Source: Eledone cirrhosa (taxonomy: Eukaryota). From it: a stretch of 64,000 nt of DNA. A program made the translations under genes and the position numbers. The notes under the pieces were generated by a model that worked only from the letters and a program-made list of their open reading frames with translations, had not been told where the DNA came from and made no database searches. The stretch covers positions 132,804,001 to 132,868,000 of the forward strand of contig OZ024742.1 in the NCBI GenBank assembly GCA_964016885.1. Reading direction: 5' to 3'. Below, piece by piece: positions 1 through 12,512 of this stretch (position 1 is the first letter of the stretch; every line of letters starts with the position of its first letter).

Positions 1-230
1 AACGTAACTATATGCAACAAAGAAATATTAGAATTGACATATTTTTAATCCAGTATGTACCTATGAGACATAATTTGCTCATGCATTTCTGATACAATAC
101 TGATACAATATACTCAAAGCACATCTTTCATTATAACAACTATTTAAAAAACATGTTAATACATATTTCTTATTCAAAGATCAAATTTACATGATTATGT
201 GTATTATATATATATATATATATATATCAC

Positions 231-473
231 CTTGACCGACCAGTAAATCGGGCGCCAATCGGCACTGCTGGTCACAGCACGTCGTGCTGTTTTAGCCATA
301 AGACAACGCCATCCCACTGCCTGGGCGGGCAGACTGGTACTCATTTCTACAGCTGAGTAAACTGGAGCAACGTGAAATAAAGTGTCTTGCTCAATGAAAC
401 AACACATCACCCGGTCCGAGAATTGAACTCACAACCTTTCGATTTCAAGCCCAATGCTCTAACCACTAAGCAC
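231..473 (-). mobile_element. tRNA-derived SINE with CORE-like body
   Basis: Minus strand has an A-box-like TAGTGGTTAGAGC and B-box-like GAGTTCAATTC, followed by TTGAGCAAGACACTTTATTTCACGTTGCTCCAGT, which resembles a CORE-type SINE domain. Confidence 0.75.
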
Positions 474-639
474 TCTGTGTGTGTGTGAGTGTGTGTGTGT
501 ACATGTGTGTTTGTGGTGGGTATGTGTGTGTGGGTATGTGAGTGTGTGTGAGTCTCTGTATTTGTTGTACTAATATCTTCATATAAATAAAGAAGGATTT
601 AGAATACTCAGTCCGTGGGACGCGTTATGTATAATCAGT

Positions 640-2150
640 TACATGAGTGGTATATGCAGATAGTTATGTTTCGTTGGGTTATTACCCCAATTCATTCTGT
701 TAACCATGTTATGATGGAATACTTCCAAGGAGCTTCTTGATATTATAAGAGATCTCTAAGGGCAAGAATTCTAGAAAATTACAATTTAGAGAAGGAACAA
801 GAGTTCATTTAACAATTTGAACATTCTAGTCTGGCTAAAACCATCCCTTTACAAAGAATTTCGATTCATGGAGGAACCGACTGAAAAATTACAGTCGTTT
901 ATGTAGGCAGTGTTTTTTGGTAGTCAGTTATCACACTATATTACATACATCTGAGCTGCATAACTGACGAGATGTTTAGGGATTAGATTTGTCTATAAAA
1001 TGCATGGCCATTTTCTTTGAGGTTCCACATGTAATTTGCAAGCTGATTGCTATGTGTTTTTGTTAGAATGTATGGATCTAGTTTCGTTGTTAACGAAAAA
1101 AGCTTTTGAATCTGACATGCCTACATAAGTCCAGGCTACTGGTCGAGGTAAGATACCCTCCATAAAATCCCACTGGAGTGTTGCACTGTTGGTCGAGGGG
1201 GGCATGCTTCTGGACTTCGCCATGAACATCTGGACGGTAGAAAGTTCTTGCGTCTATTCCTTATCTGTTTTGTGGTTTAGTTCTGGCTTTTGGGATCGTA
1301 TGTTTCCCAATGTTTCTTTTTCTTCTGTTGAGAGCAATAATTCTTCTCCTCTGGTTCTTGTCACCTCCTGGAGAGTATTTCTTTTTTTCTAGGACAATGC
1401 AGGCCAATATCCACCTAAATAGGATGGGAAGAGCATTTGCTTCTTGCTCCGACTGGGTGGCAGGGAGTGTTTAGCGACCAAACCTTCAGTTTAAAAGAGC
1501 ATTCAGGTTATCACATATTGCCTGGTTCACGCAATAAGCTCAATATCGGGCATTAGATTATTCAGCTCCCTTTCATAGTCTCTCTGATATGAAGGCTCCT
1601 GTTGTTTCATGTTTGAGGTCACGCATTTGTAGATAACAGTTTTTTTTCCATGGGCATGTCTACGTCAACCGATGATTATTCTACTAGGCAGATTGAGTGA
1701 AATATTTCTCCTTTTCTATAATGTTAATAAGGAACAGTTCAGTTGATTTGGCAGTCGTTGCTTCAGATGTATTGTTGTTGTTTATTATAATTAGTTGTTC
1801 ATGTGAATGTTTTGTTAAAGTATTTAAAGGCGGGAAATTCGTCCACTAATTTTCTCATGCAGTCTTTGAACTTTGGCTGTTCAATATAGTAGACGATCCA
1901 CTGTGTTTTGTTGGTACTGTTACTGGTGTTGTTATTGCTGCTCTTAGTGGTGGCTGTAGTTGTGGTGGGGAAAGTGGTAAGGTTGGCGGACTGTCGTATG
2001 TTCTATCTTGCGGAAAGATCAATTTTGAATACGGCGGAGGAATGTTTGATTTCATTATCCTATTTTGAAAGCATAGAGTGGAGAAATGTTGTTTGGCAAA
2101 CAAATACAAGCTAGTTCCAAAAGGCTACACGTAGAGAAAACCTAACCAGC
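640..2150 (-). mobile_element. Decayed Penelope-like element, GIY-YIG region
   Basis: Frameshifted minus-strand translation near 1110-1235 gives CSWRSPEACP/LDQQCNTP..FY..WTYVGMS, like the PLE Cys-rich linker plus YIG motif; an upstream NIPPPYSK resembles WFNPPYS. Boundaries are approximate. Confidence 0.5.
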
Positions 2151-2157
2151 TTTAGAA

Positions 2158-2433
2158 GATACTGTTTAGTTAAACTATAACACAATATAAAATGTTGAAC
2201 AAAATAGATAGAAGAAGAAGAAGAAGAAGAAGAAGAAGAAGAAGAAGAAGAAGAAGAAGAAGAAGAAGAAGAAGATACAGTTTAGTTAAACTATAACACA
2301 ATATAAAATGTTGAAGAAGAAGAAGAAGAAGAAAAGAAGAAGAAGAAGAAGAAGAAGAAGAAGAAGAAGAAGAAGAAGAAGAAGAAGAAGAAGAAGAAGA
2401 AGAAGAAGAAGAAGAAGAAGAAGAAGAAGAAGA
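2158..2433. repeat. (GAA)n tracts with a duplicated ~42-bp unique segment
   Basis: GATAC[T/A]GTTTAGTTAAACTATAACACAATATAAAATGTTGAA occurs at ~2158 and ~2275, each followed by (GAA)n. Confidence 0.9.
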
Positions 2434-2870
2434 ATGTATGAGGAGGAGAAAATGGAAATCAGAAGTCGGGAAGATACAAGTTAAAGAAAATGGAGAAAAG
2501 TAAATATACTGAAGACAAAAATAAGAAGTTGCTCATATAAAAGAATGTTGAAAATCAAAAGAGATAATGAATGAATATATACACGACAGAAATAAAATAC
2601 AAGTTGACAAAAAGACGTATTTAAGAATAGCAGAATGGTACTGCTCTACACTTGTGTTTGTTCCTGTTGCGTTTAATGATAGGCACACGCACGTCAGCGA
2701 TATTTTCATTCTCAGCACGTCGACTCAAATTATGTGACTACGCCATTGATATGGGATTCCGCTGGGACCAGCCCGTTTCTCTGCTTGTTACAATGTACTG
2801 TTAGATGCCAGCATTAAATTACTAGAGACAGAAGTCTACAGTACTGTCTTCACTTTCGCAATTATTCAAG

Positions 2871-2873
<3 letters not shown>

Positions 2874-2937
<64 letters not shown>

Positions 2938-2966
2938 CATATATATATATACATATATATATATAC

Positions 2967-3043
<77 letters not shown>

Positions 3044-3049
3044 TATATA

Positions 3050-3095
<46 letters not shown>

Positions 3096-3101
3096 TATAT
3101 A

Positions 3102-3163
<62 letters not shown>

Positions 3164-3296
3164 TAGATACATACACACATATTTACATATATATGTAAAT
3201 ACATGTATATATATATACATACACACACATATATATATATATAAGTATATATATATATATATACATACATATATAAGTATATATATATATATATAT
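2874..3296. repeat. (TA)n microsatellite, one of many in the window
   Basis: Direct reading; similar tracts at ~10.8, 11.9-12.3, 14.2, 15.2-16.4, 36.7, 57.8 and 60.2 kb. Confidence 0.99.
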
Positions 3297-3359
3297 TAAC
3301 ATAAATGTAAGTATGTATGTATACGTACATACATATATGTATACAGACGTACAGTAGCA

Positions 3360-3397
<38 letters not shown>

Positions 3398-3548
3398 CAG
3401 GTACACATACATATATGTACGTATCAGTTTAGCGGACGCTTATTATAGCGCCCGCTTTGTTCGTTTGTAAACAAACTGAACAGCCTGAATTTATGCCGTA
3501 CGGTGTTAAGGCAACCACGTCACCTTTTTGTTCAACACTGACACAGGA

Positions 3549-3591
3549 ACGATGTACTAGTTTCAAGCTTGTTAGCTATCATCAGCATCGT
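3549..3591 (-). ncRNA. Minimal type I hammerhead ribozyme
   Basis: ACGATG-CTGATGA-tAGCTaacaAGCTt-GAAA-CTAG-TA-CATCGT: 6-bp stem I, intact core, palindromic ACTAGT stem III, GUA triplet. Confidence 0.9.
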
Positions 3592-3823
3592 ATACCCTTC
3601 TGCCAGATGGTTGAACGTTCGATAGTATATACTTTCCTTATGAAAATTAACGGCTGAGCAGCCTAATTTGCATATCGAGTGAGTCCGGCCAGGCGTACCG
3701 AGAACGACAAGTTGTAATAAAATGAAAACGAAATGTCATTTCTCACTCTTAGTACGGCACTTACTTAAATGTAAGTATGTATGTATACGTACATACATAT
3801 ATGTATACAGACGTACAGTAGCA

Positions 3824-3893
<70 letters not shown>

Positions 3894-4122
3894 CAGGTAC
3901 ACATACATATATGTACGTATCAGTTTAGCGGACGCTTATTATAGCGCCCGCTTTGTTCGTTTGTAGAGTGAGAAATGAAATTTCGTTTTCATTTTATTAC
4001 AACTTGTCGTTCTCTGTACGCCTGGCCGGACTCACTCGATATGCAAATTAGGCTGCTCAGCCGTTAATTTTCATAAGGAAAGTATATACTTTCGAACGTT
4101 CAACCATCTGGCAGAAGGGTAT

Positions 4123-4165
4123 ACGATGCTGATGATAGCTAACAAGCTTGAAACTAGTACACCGT
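4123..4165 (+). ncRNA. Minimal type I hammerhead ribozyme, inverted copy
   Basis: ACGATG-CTGATGA-TAGCTAACAAGCTT-GAAACTAGTA-CACCGT; one stem I mismatch. Confidence 0.85.
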
Positions 4166-4316
4166 TCCTGTGTCAGTGTTGAACAAAAAGGTGACGTGGT
4201 TGCCTTAACACCGTACGGCATAAATTCAGGCTGTTCAGTTCGTTTACAAACGAACAAAGCGGGCGCTATAATAAGCGTCCGCTAAACTGATACGTACATA
4301 TATGTATGTGTACCTG

Positions 4317-4380
<64 letters not shown>

Positions 4381-4578
4381 TGCTACTGTACGTCTGTATA
4401 CATATATGTATGTACGTATACATACATACTTACATTTAAGTAAGTGCCGTACTAAGAGTGAGAAATGAAATTTCGTTTTCATTTTATTACAACTTATATT
4501 AACATACATATATGTATATATATATGTATATAAATACATATATGTATATTTACATATATATATAAATACATATATGTA

Positions 4579-4675
<97 letters not shown>

Positions 4676-5807
4676 CATTTGGTAAAGATCTGTATATTAA
4701 GGTGCATGCCTGCCAACATCAAATATACTATTACTATTGTTGTTAATTTTATTATTGTTACAGATGATGCTTCTGCATCTACTGATGATGGCGAATGTGA
4801 TGTTGAATCAAATTCTGCTGCTTTCGTTTTCGGATCTATTTTTTAAAAAAGATTAGATAATTATAGGTTGGTGGAAATTCACTCTGTATAATGATTAAAT
4901 GTATGAAGAAAATAAGCAGCATTATGCGAGATCCGAGCAAAATGTGTTAGCTGGACATTTTCGGAAGCCATCGCGTATGACTGTGTGATTATTTATGTAT
5001 TTATGACTGTGTATTTATTCATTTATTTATGTATTATGTATGTATATATGTTTGTATGTATGTATGATGTATGGATGAATGTACATATGTATGAATATAT
5101 GTGTCCGGGTATATGATATATGTGTGTATGTGTGTACACTTGTATATTTTAACGCCTGCACAAATAGTGATGGATGAATCAAGGACAATGCTTTAAAATA
5201 ATTACTGGGGTAGATAAAACCTTGGAGGCAACGCCCCGGCTTTTCTGCATATCAAACATTGACTACCTAACATAAGTTATTTTCTTTATAGTAATACTTT
5301 TCCTATAATATCATGATATAAGCTTATACTAATGTTCGCATGAATTTAGAAATACACATTTAAAATCACATATTAAATTCTATTAAGAATAGAAATAACC
5401 TGAATGTTGTAGTATTATATTTCCAGGAAGATTTATGTCAATATACATCTTTCAGCAACGTGTGGCATGTGACAACAACTACCAAACACCATTATTAGAC
5501 ATACGGTCATTAAACATAGTGTATATAATTTCCTTTTATATACTTATCCATAAGAGAATATTGTCGTTATTATACTTATCAATTTCTGGTTGTCAACCAA
5601 GCAATATTCTATACTAAGTAAATTATTCCTGGCAGTTTCTTTAAATTTTTTACAAGAATCTGTAAACATTGAAATATCAACAGATGGAAATCGTGCTATC
5701 CGATTCCTGTCGAAGATTTATGTCGTGACAAAACAGTTAATCCGATCATTCTACATTTTTATCAACCATAGGGTGTAAGGTTTGACGTTACGAAATATAT
5801 GTTAATT

Positions 5808-5851
<44 letters not shown>

Positions 5852-6026
5852 AAAACTTTCGCTCTACATGGCTGAATACATCGCTGTTTACATGCCAACA
5901 CAAGACCAAGAATGAAGAGTTCATTCTACTGACATGGCTATAAAAATGAGGCTTATTTGCAAAATTGCAAACGAAACGAATGTTATTATTAATATTCAAA
6001 AAACTCATATTACATTTATATATATA

Positions 6027-6094
<68 letters not shown>

Positions 6095-6099
6095 AACGG

Positions 6100-6591
6100 T
6101 AAAAATGAAACGAAATATAAGTATGTATACGTACATATATATATGTATACAGACGTACAGTAGTATGTATATATATACATACATGCACACATATATATAT
6201 ATATGTACGTATGGATTCACGGAACATTTATTATAATGCTCTGTGTGTTTGTAAACAAACATCCCGAATTAAGCCGTACAGTGTCTAGCAACCATCGTTG
6301 CTCATTTGTTCAACACTGACAAAGGAGCGCTGTACTAGTTTCAAGCTTATTAACTATCGTCAGCAACGTATACCTTCCTGCCAGATGGTTGAACGTCTGA
6401 AAGTATATACTTTCCTTATGCATAGTAACGGCTGAGCAGCCCAATTTGCATATCGAGTGAGTTAATCGGCCGGGGTACCGAAAAATATAAAGGGAAAAAA
6501 TGAAACGAAATTTCATTTCTCACTCTTAGTACGGCTGTTACTTAAATATAAGTATGTATACGTACATACATATATGTATACAGACGTACAG
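6100..6591 (-). mobile_element. Diverged copy of the ~465-bp HHR unit with terminal redundancy
   Basis: Colinear with 3303-3766; AAATATAAGTATGTATACGTACAT..CAGACGTACAG appears at both ends. Confidence 0.85.
6328..6368 (-). ncRNA. Minimal type I hammerhead ribozyme, covarying homologue
   Basis: CGTTG-CTGACGA-tAGTTaataAGCTt-GAAACTAGTA-CAGCG; changes keep the pairing and the core changes only at variable position N7. Confidence 0.88.
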
Positions 6592-6603
6592 AGAGAGAGA
6601 TAG

Positions 6604-7136
6604 TGTGTGTGTTTATCAATGTACATGGACAGCCAGCAGTGTATGGAATCTATAAACTACGAAAGGTGAGGTAGACGCATAATAAGTAAAAATATAAATC
6701 AGAATGAATTTACACACCTTTATAAATATATATCACACACGTACAAACCCAAAGAGATTTGTTTCGCCAAAAGATTAGTGAATGGAATGAAACACCCAGG
6801 TTCATCAGCGTGTGGTAAGTGGATACATTCCAGACAACTCTAAGAAATACCTAGGATAACGGCCTTGAAACACGTGGCAGAGGGACGTTTTGTGCGCGAG
6901 GGACAGTAAACTAGACAGTAAACTAGCCTGGGTGGAATGAGCGTCTATAAATCGCAGCCTGAACCACTCGTATAGGGGTGTTCTGCTAGACAAATAGAGA
7001 GAAGACTGTTATTAGGAGCAATATATCAAAATAAATTAACTGAGTCATAGACTCGCGTTAGTCCCTGTAAATTCTGAGCTCAAAGGAAATAGAGTCCTGT
7101 GCTCTCCAAATATGATATGTAGAAAAGATAACACAC

Positions 7137-7195
<59 letters not shown>

Positions 7196-7318
7196 TGTGT
7201 GTGTGTGTATTTATAAATGTACAGGGAAAACCACCACTGTATGGAATCTATAAACTACGAAAGGTGAGGCAGACGCATAATAACTAGAAATATAAATCAG
7301 AATGAATTTACCCACCTG
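6604..7318. repeat. ~115-bp diverged direct repeats flanking a ~480-bp segment
   Basis: GTATGGAATCTATAAACTACGAAAGGTGAGG..ACGCATAATAA..ATATAAATCAGAATGAATTTAC at ~6604-6719 and ~7198-7318. Confidence 0.8.
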
Positions 7319-7502
7319 TATAACTATATATATATCTCACCAGGAAAATTGAATTAAACAGGTCTAGTCCCGTAGAAGCCATTTCTATATCAAATATTGT
7401 ATATACTTTTTGAGTACCTTACTTACTGTTGTTACCTCCGATTGAACCCGGGATACACACACGCGCTCTCACACACACACACACACACACTCACACATAC
7501 AT

Positions 7503-7571
<69 letters not shown>

Positions 7572-7675
7572 TATTGAAGTTTCCGTTGAAAATTGAAAAA
7601 GTCATAGAAGTGAAGAGTGCTCTATGTAAGTTACAGAGCTAAATTTAGTGTATAATAAACAATACAATATAATTA

Positions 7676-7743
7676 CCTCTTTACCAGAGGTTTCCCGAAT
7701 AAGACGAATACAAGAAACGTCCGCATTCGTTCGTCAGACAAGG
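7676..7743 (-). ncRNA. Type I hammerhead motif
   Basis: CCTTGT-CTGACGA-aCGAAT..ATTCGg-GAAA-CCtctGG-TA-AAGAGG; core intact, one stem I mismatch. Confidence 0.7.
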
Positions 7744-10700
7744 CAATTTAAAACATAATGAAATATTTGAAAAATCTCCTCAAGAAAGGCAAACGTTTAA
7801 CGGGCCAAACAAAATATAACTATGAGTAAAAATACAAGAGATATATAAAAATAAAATAAAGAAATATAGTAAGGGGATATGTATAAATGTGTGTATATGC
7901 ACCTACAAATGTACATATGTGTGTATGTACAAATGCATGTGTATAGTGAAAAAATGTGTGCGTAACTACATACATGAGGGCAAACATATTAGTGTATGTG
8001 TGACCACAAATACGTATATAATATATGTTGAAAAAAGAATTGTAAGATAATAGAGTTAGCGTATATACAGACCCAGGGACAAAGGATGAAAGGACGCACG
8101 CGTATAAATATTCACACACGCGCAACCACATACATGTATGTGATATATACAGGGAAGGGAGTGTATCAGTCAAAGCAGTGACAGACTGAAGGTCGATACA
8201 GATATAAAAATATAAAATATGAAATATTATTGAAATAATATATAAGATAAAAATTAAGGCAAAGAGAAAGTAAGAGGGAGGGGTTATCAATTATAAAGTA
8301 ACACTAGAAAAAATAAATAAAAAATAGAAAACATGCAGTGCTTCGTACGCACATATATATAAATATATATATACGTACAGACAAAAACACAAGCACAAAG
8401 GATACATACATGCGTACATACATACAAAAACACGCATACATACACACGATACACATATGTATACATACATGTACATCTAATCACACGCACGCACGCAACC
8501 ACACAAACACACACACATATATATATATATAAGTATGTAAAAAACATAGACGTAAAAACACACATACACACACACATATACATACACGCACACATACGTA
8601 TGCATTCGTATACATATACAAACACGTATACACATATATGCACACATACACGCATACATACATATATGAAAACCACCCGTATGAATAAATGGGTACAAGA
8701 TATACGCAAGTAAACATACCTAAAAGCGGCTTAGGGACAACAGAATATATCTGCAGTTAAAAACACATGTGACTGTGTTATCAGGTAATGAAAGAAAAGG
8801 GGGAAGTAAATATGTAAAATTGTAAAGATATAAAGTAAGTGAATCAAAAAGCAGGGAGGGGGGTTCACTAGTGGATGTGAAGTAAAAATAAAAATAGATA
8901 ATTCGAGCGAAATCCCAATTAAAATAACATAGATAAATAAACATGTTTAATTTCTAGAATATATGAATTAATCAGTTTTTAGTTTATAGGGAATGAATAC
9001 TAAAATAACGTAAAAGGATCTGTAATCAGTATTATTTTCCAAAATGAATGGTGATGTCATGAAACATGGCTATTGAAAGTACAACTAACATCTTCTCTTA
9101 AGATAAGTCACTTCGCATTGTGTATAAGAAGCAGTTGAGACAGTGCAATTCAAAACCGAAAACTCGACCCAGATTAAACAATAATCCAGAAAATATTAGA
9201 CGATAATCATAATATTACTACTAAAATCGGTCTAGCTATAGTAAAGGTTTCTAACACGAAACTTATAAACAGATGCTCGAACACAAGTATCATGTTATAT
9301 ATGAATTAATAATAATTAAACCGAGGGAAACAGACACAAAATTTTGAAATATATATAAGAGTGAAAAACCAATTATAGGAAATGCAATATTCCTGTGTTT
9401 GCCAGCTAAACCTAAAAATAATAATACAAACATTTGCTGTCTACGTTTAATTAAAGTTAAGATAAAAGGAAAACTATCTTGAGATTCACCATGGGGAATT
9501 GACTTTACAAATAAACTATAAATCATTAATAATAAGCTTCGAAAACTCTCATCAATAATACAATAAAGAGTAGCAAGATTTGTGTCATCTGCAAAGTATA
9601 TAGAAATAAATCAAGTTAATAACCCATCATATTACACAATCCTTTGTCTCTCCGCCGGTCCAATGAGAGGAACTCTCTTTTTTTAGGTTTACAGACACCC
9701 CAGACTTGACTTGCCCAGAAGAGTGCATCGAATGTCCCCAAATCACCTACCTCACAAAGTAAATTTGTGGATGAAGGAAGTTAGTCATAACATTGCGAGT
9801 TTGTAGTGAACTCAGAATGTGGAAAGTAACTGTCGTGTTGTAACGAGAAGAGGATTTTTTATGTTCGATCAGGATAAAAATATTTTGATTTAATTAGTTT
9901 TAAAGTCTTCAAACAATTTATCAAATATGGGTGGCAAATTGGCATATTTATTAGAATGACGGATGGAATGCTTTGGGTTATTCGTTTCAGTTCTCCGCCG
10001 GCGTCAATTTTTCCTTTCAATTACTGGGGTTGAATCGTCTTTTATAGTTCTTTCACTCTGTCTTTCGTCTGCACTCAATCCTTCTCTTGAAGAAATCAGC
10101 TGTATTCAGAGAGAAAGAAGAGATGGATTCAGCCAGGATTTAAAATGCCGTCAAAGTGCCATATGGAATACGGCACCCCAACGGCGTCATTGGGTGTTAC
10201 GGGACAACAGGTGCACAAACCATCCTCTGAAATAGAGGTTTCTTATTTTCTGTGAAGATGCAATCATTCTTTCTTACATTGGGACATGTAAATAGCTATA
10301 ATAATACTTTGTCAATATAATAGTTGAGAGAATCATGTATAACAGAACATTGACAAAGACAACGGGGAGGAACGAAAACCCGCATCCATTGGTTGATGGA
10401 TAAGAACATTAACAATTACAACAGGGTTAGAATCTTCACCAGAACATCCTTCTAGCAATTCTGTCTACAGTGACCAATGTACCCGAGTTATTAAAATGAT
10501 ATAGTTATATCTATTGACCCTCTACCTTTCACATTCCCAATTTCCTCAATATTTCTTAAGTCACGTGAATAATAACACCCATACACAAATACACACATAC
10601 ACGCACACACACATACACACATAAAAATATATACACACACACACGCATACGCATACTCACGGACACACAGACATACACACACGTAAACACAGATGCACAT

Positions 10701-10858
10701 ACACGGAGACAGTCAGTTTGAAATTTCTCAGGTAGGTATATATAAATAATCGTTTCAACATTTTCTACTGAAAGAATCATTTTCCTTTCTACTATTTGTT
10801 TTATATATATCAACTCGTGTGTTGCTTTTATACATTCAATATATATATATATATATAA

Positions 10859-10894
<36 letters not shown>

Positions 10895-10915
10895 GTATAT
10901 ATATATATATAAATG

Positions 10916-10997
<82 letters not shown>

Positions 10998-11412
10998 ACA
11001 TTTGGTACAGCATCAACGAAGCCATAGTTGCTGCCAAGCTAACGAATGCAGTTTCTGTGAACAGGATATATAACCCTAGAGTTATAACATTACGTTTAGA
11101 CAGCTTTGCTAAATGAATACAGCGACCGATAGAAGAGTCGCAGTGACCATAGCCACAAAAATGACTGAACTCAGTAAAAATGTGACTAACCTGTATTGTA
11201 CCGTCGGCATCATACATAACACATAATACATATAATATATACCATATAACATACATCACACGTAATCCACAATATCTCCGCTAGGTTTCCGTAAATCCGA
11301 AATCAACAAAATCCACTTGCAGGGGTCTGCAAGTTAATGGTTTTTGAAGTTAGAACAATGGAGTTTTACTTCGTCAGCAGGTTTTTCGTTCTGATCCGCT
11401 ATATATATAGGA

Positions 11413-11637
11413 ATATGTTGAAAACCCCGATGGCAGAGCTCAAGCCGTTTCGACGACTATTTCTGGACGAAGTATCCAGAAATACCTGTCGAAAGTATCC
11501 AGAAATACCTGTCGAAATACCTGCTTGAGCTCTGCCGTCGGTGTCTTGAACATTTTCCTATTACCCACTCCACTACCCCAAGTATTGCGTACTCTGGTGC
11601 GTTATGGTCGACCTGGTTCCTTACCACACTTCCTTCG

Positions 11638-11640
<3 letters not shown>
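11413..11640. mobile_element. Palindromic repeat family carrying the 3' half of a hammerhead
   Basis: CCCCGAYGGCAGAGCTCAAGCCGTTTCGACGRCTATTTCTGG and its reverse complement; homologues at ~22795-22850, 44596-44990 and 63621-63680. Confidence 0.75.
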
Positions 11641-11687
<47 letters not shown>

Positions 11688-11689
<2 letters not shown>

Positions 11690-11898
11690 GTAGAACACTA
11701 ATGGGTTATATCCGTAGTAGAAAAGCACTCAATCCATGGGACAAGTCTAGTAGAGGTAGTTCCAGTACAGTTAGTTCACCATACTGAGAACACATGTTTA
11801 ACCTTAATCGGATCCTCAGCTCGGTCTACAACTTCATTTAGACAGAGATGAGGATCCGAATAAGGTGAAGCACTTGTTCTCTGTATTGTGAACTAACT
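11688..11898. mobile_element. Fold-back element with two divergent degenerate HHRs
   Basis: Inverted arms 11769-11898; HHR-like motifs at 11783-11825 (-) and 11842-11884 (+), each with core substitutions; the left arm has an extra tail homologous to 14465-14553. Confidence 0.7.
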
Positions 11899-11917
11899 CT
11901 CTCTCTCTCTCTCTCTC

Positions 11918-11997
<80 letters not shown>

Positions 11998-12061
11998 ATG
12001 TGCGTGTGGGAGTGAATATGTGTGTCTGGGCGTGGGTGTGTACGTGTCTGTGTATATATGT

Positions 12062-12284
<223 letters not shown>

Positions 12285-12339
12285 AATATATATATATAAA
12301 CTATAATAAAGGAAGGGCTGCGGGACTGCATACGGTTTA

Positions 12340-12463
12340 TTGCCATTCTGAGTTCAAATCCCGCCGAGGTTAACTTTGCCTTTCATCCTTACGGGGTCGA
12401 TAAAATAAAGTACCAGTAATGTACTGGGTAATTGCTGGCCTTGTGCCAAAGTAGAAACAATTA
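12340..12463 (+). mobile_element. tRNA-derived SINE, 5'-truncated
   Basis: B-box GAGTTCAAATCC then CCGAGGTTAACTTTGCCTTTCATCCTTACGGGGTCGATAAAATAAAGTACC, matching the 45323 copy. Confidence 0.85.
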
Positions 12464-12512
12464 TTTTTTTATCCAGTTAGTAAAATAAGTTGGATTACTT
12501 TGAAAAAAAATA

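Larger units (their letters stand above)
3303..4496. mobile_element. Tandem plus inverted array of a ~465-bp HHR-containing unit (retrozyme or PLE pseudo-LTR-like)
   Basis: Unit restarts at AAATGTAAGTATGT (3303 and ~3767); from 3965 the sequence is the reverse complement of the unit and runs more than one unit length; near-identical 66-aa pseudo-ORFs on opposite strands confirm the inversion. Confidence 0.85.

Noticed and set aside
3457-4257. Two near-identical 66-aa ORFs (MFVCK..)
   Set aside because: Non-ATG starts, no known domain, and explained by the inverted repeat.
5900-5990. ATGAAGA..GAAACGAATGTT HHR-like spacing
   Set aside because: Core mutated and stems unconvincing.
9560-9620. 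Minus-strand IYFADDTNL RT-like motif
   Set aside because: An isolated motif; probably a LINE crumb but too short to delimit.
11270-11385. Minus-strand CTGACGA..GAAACCTAG
   Set aside because: No NUH triplet or stem I.
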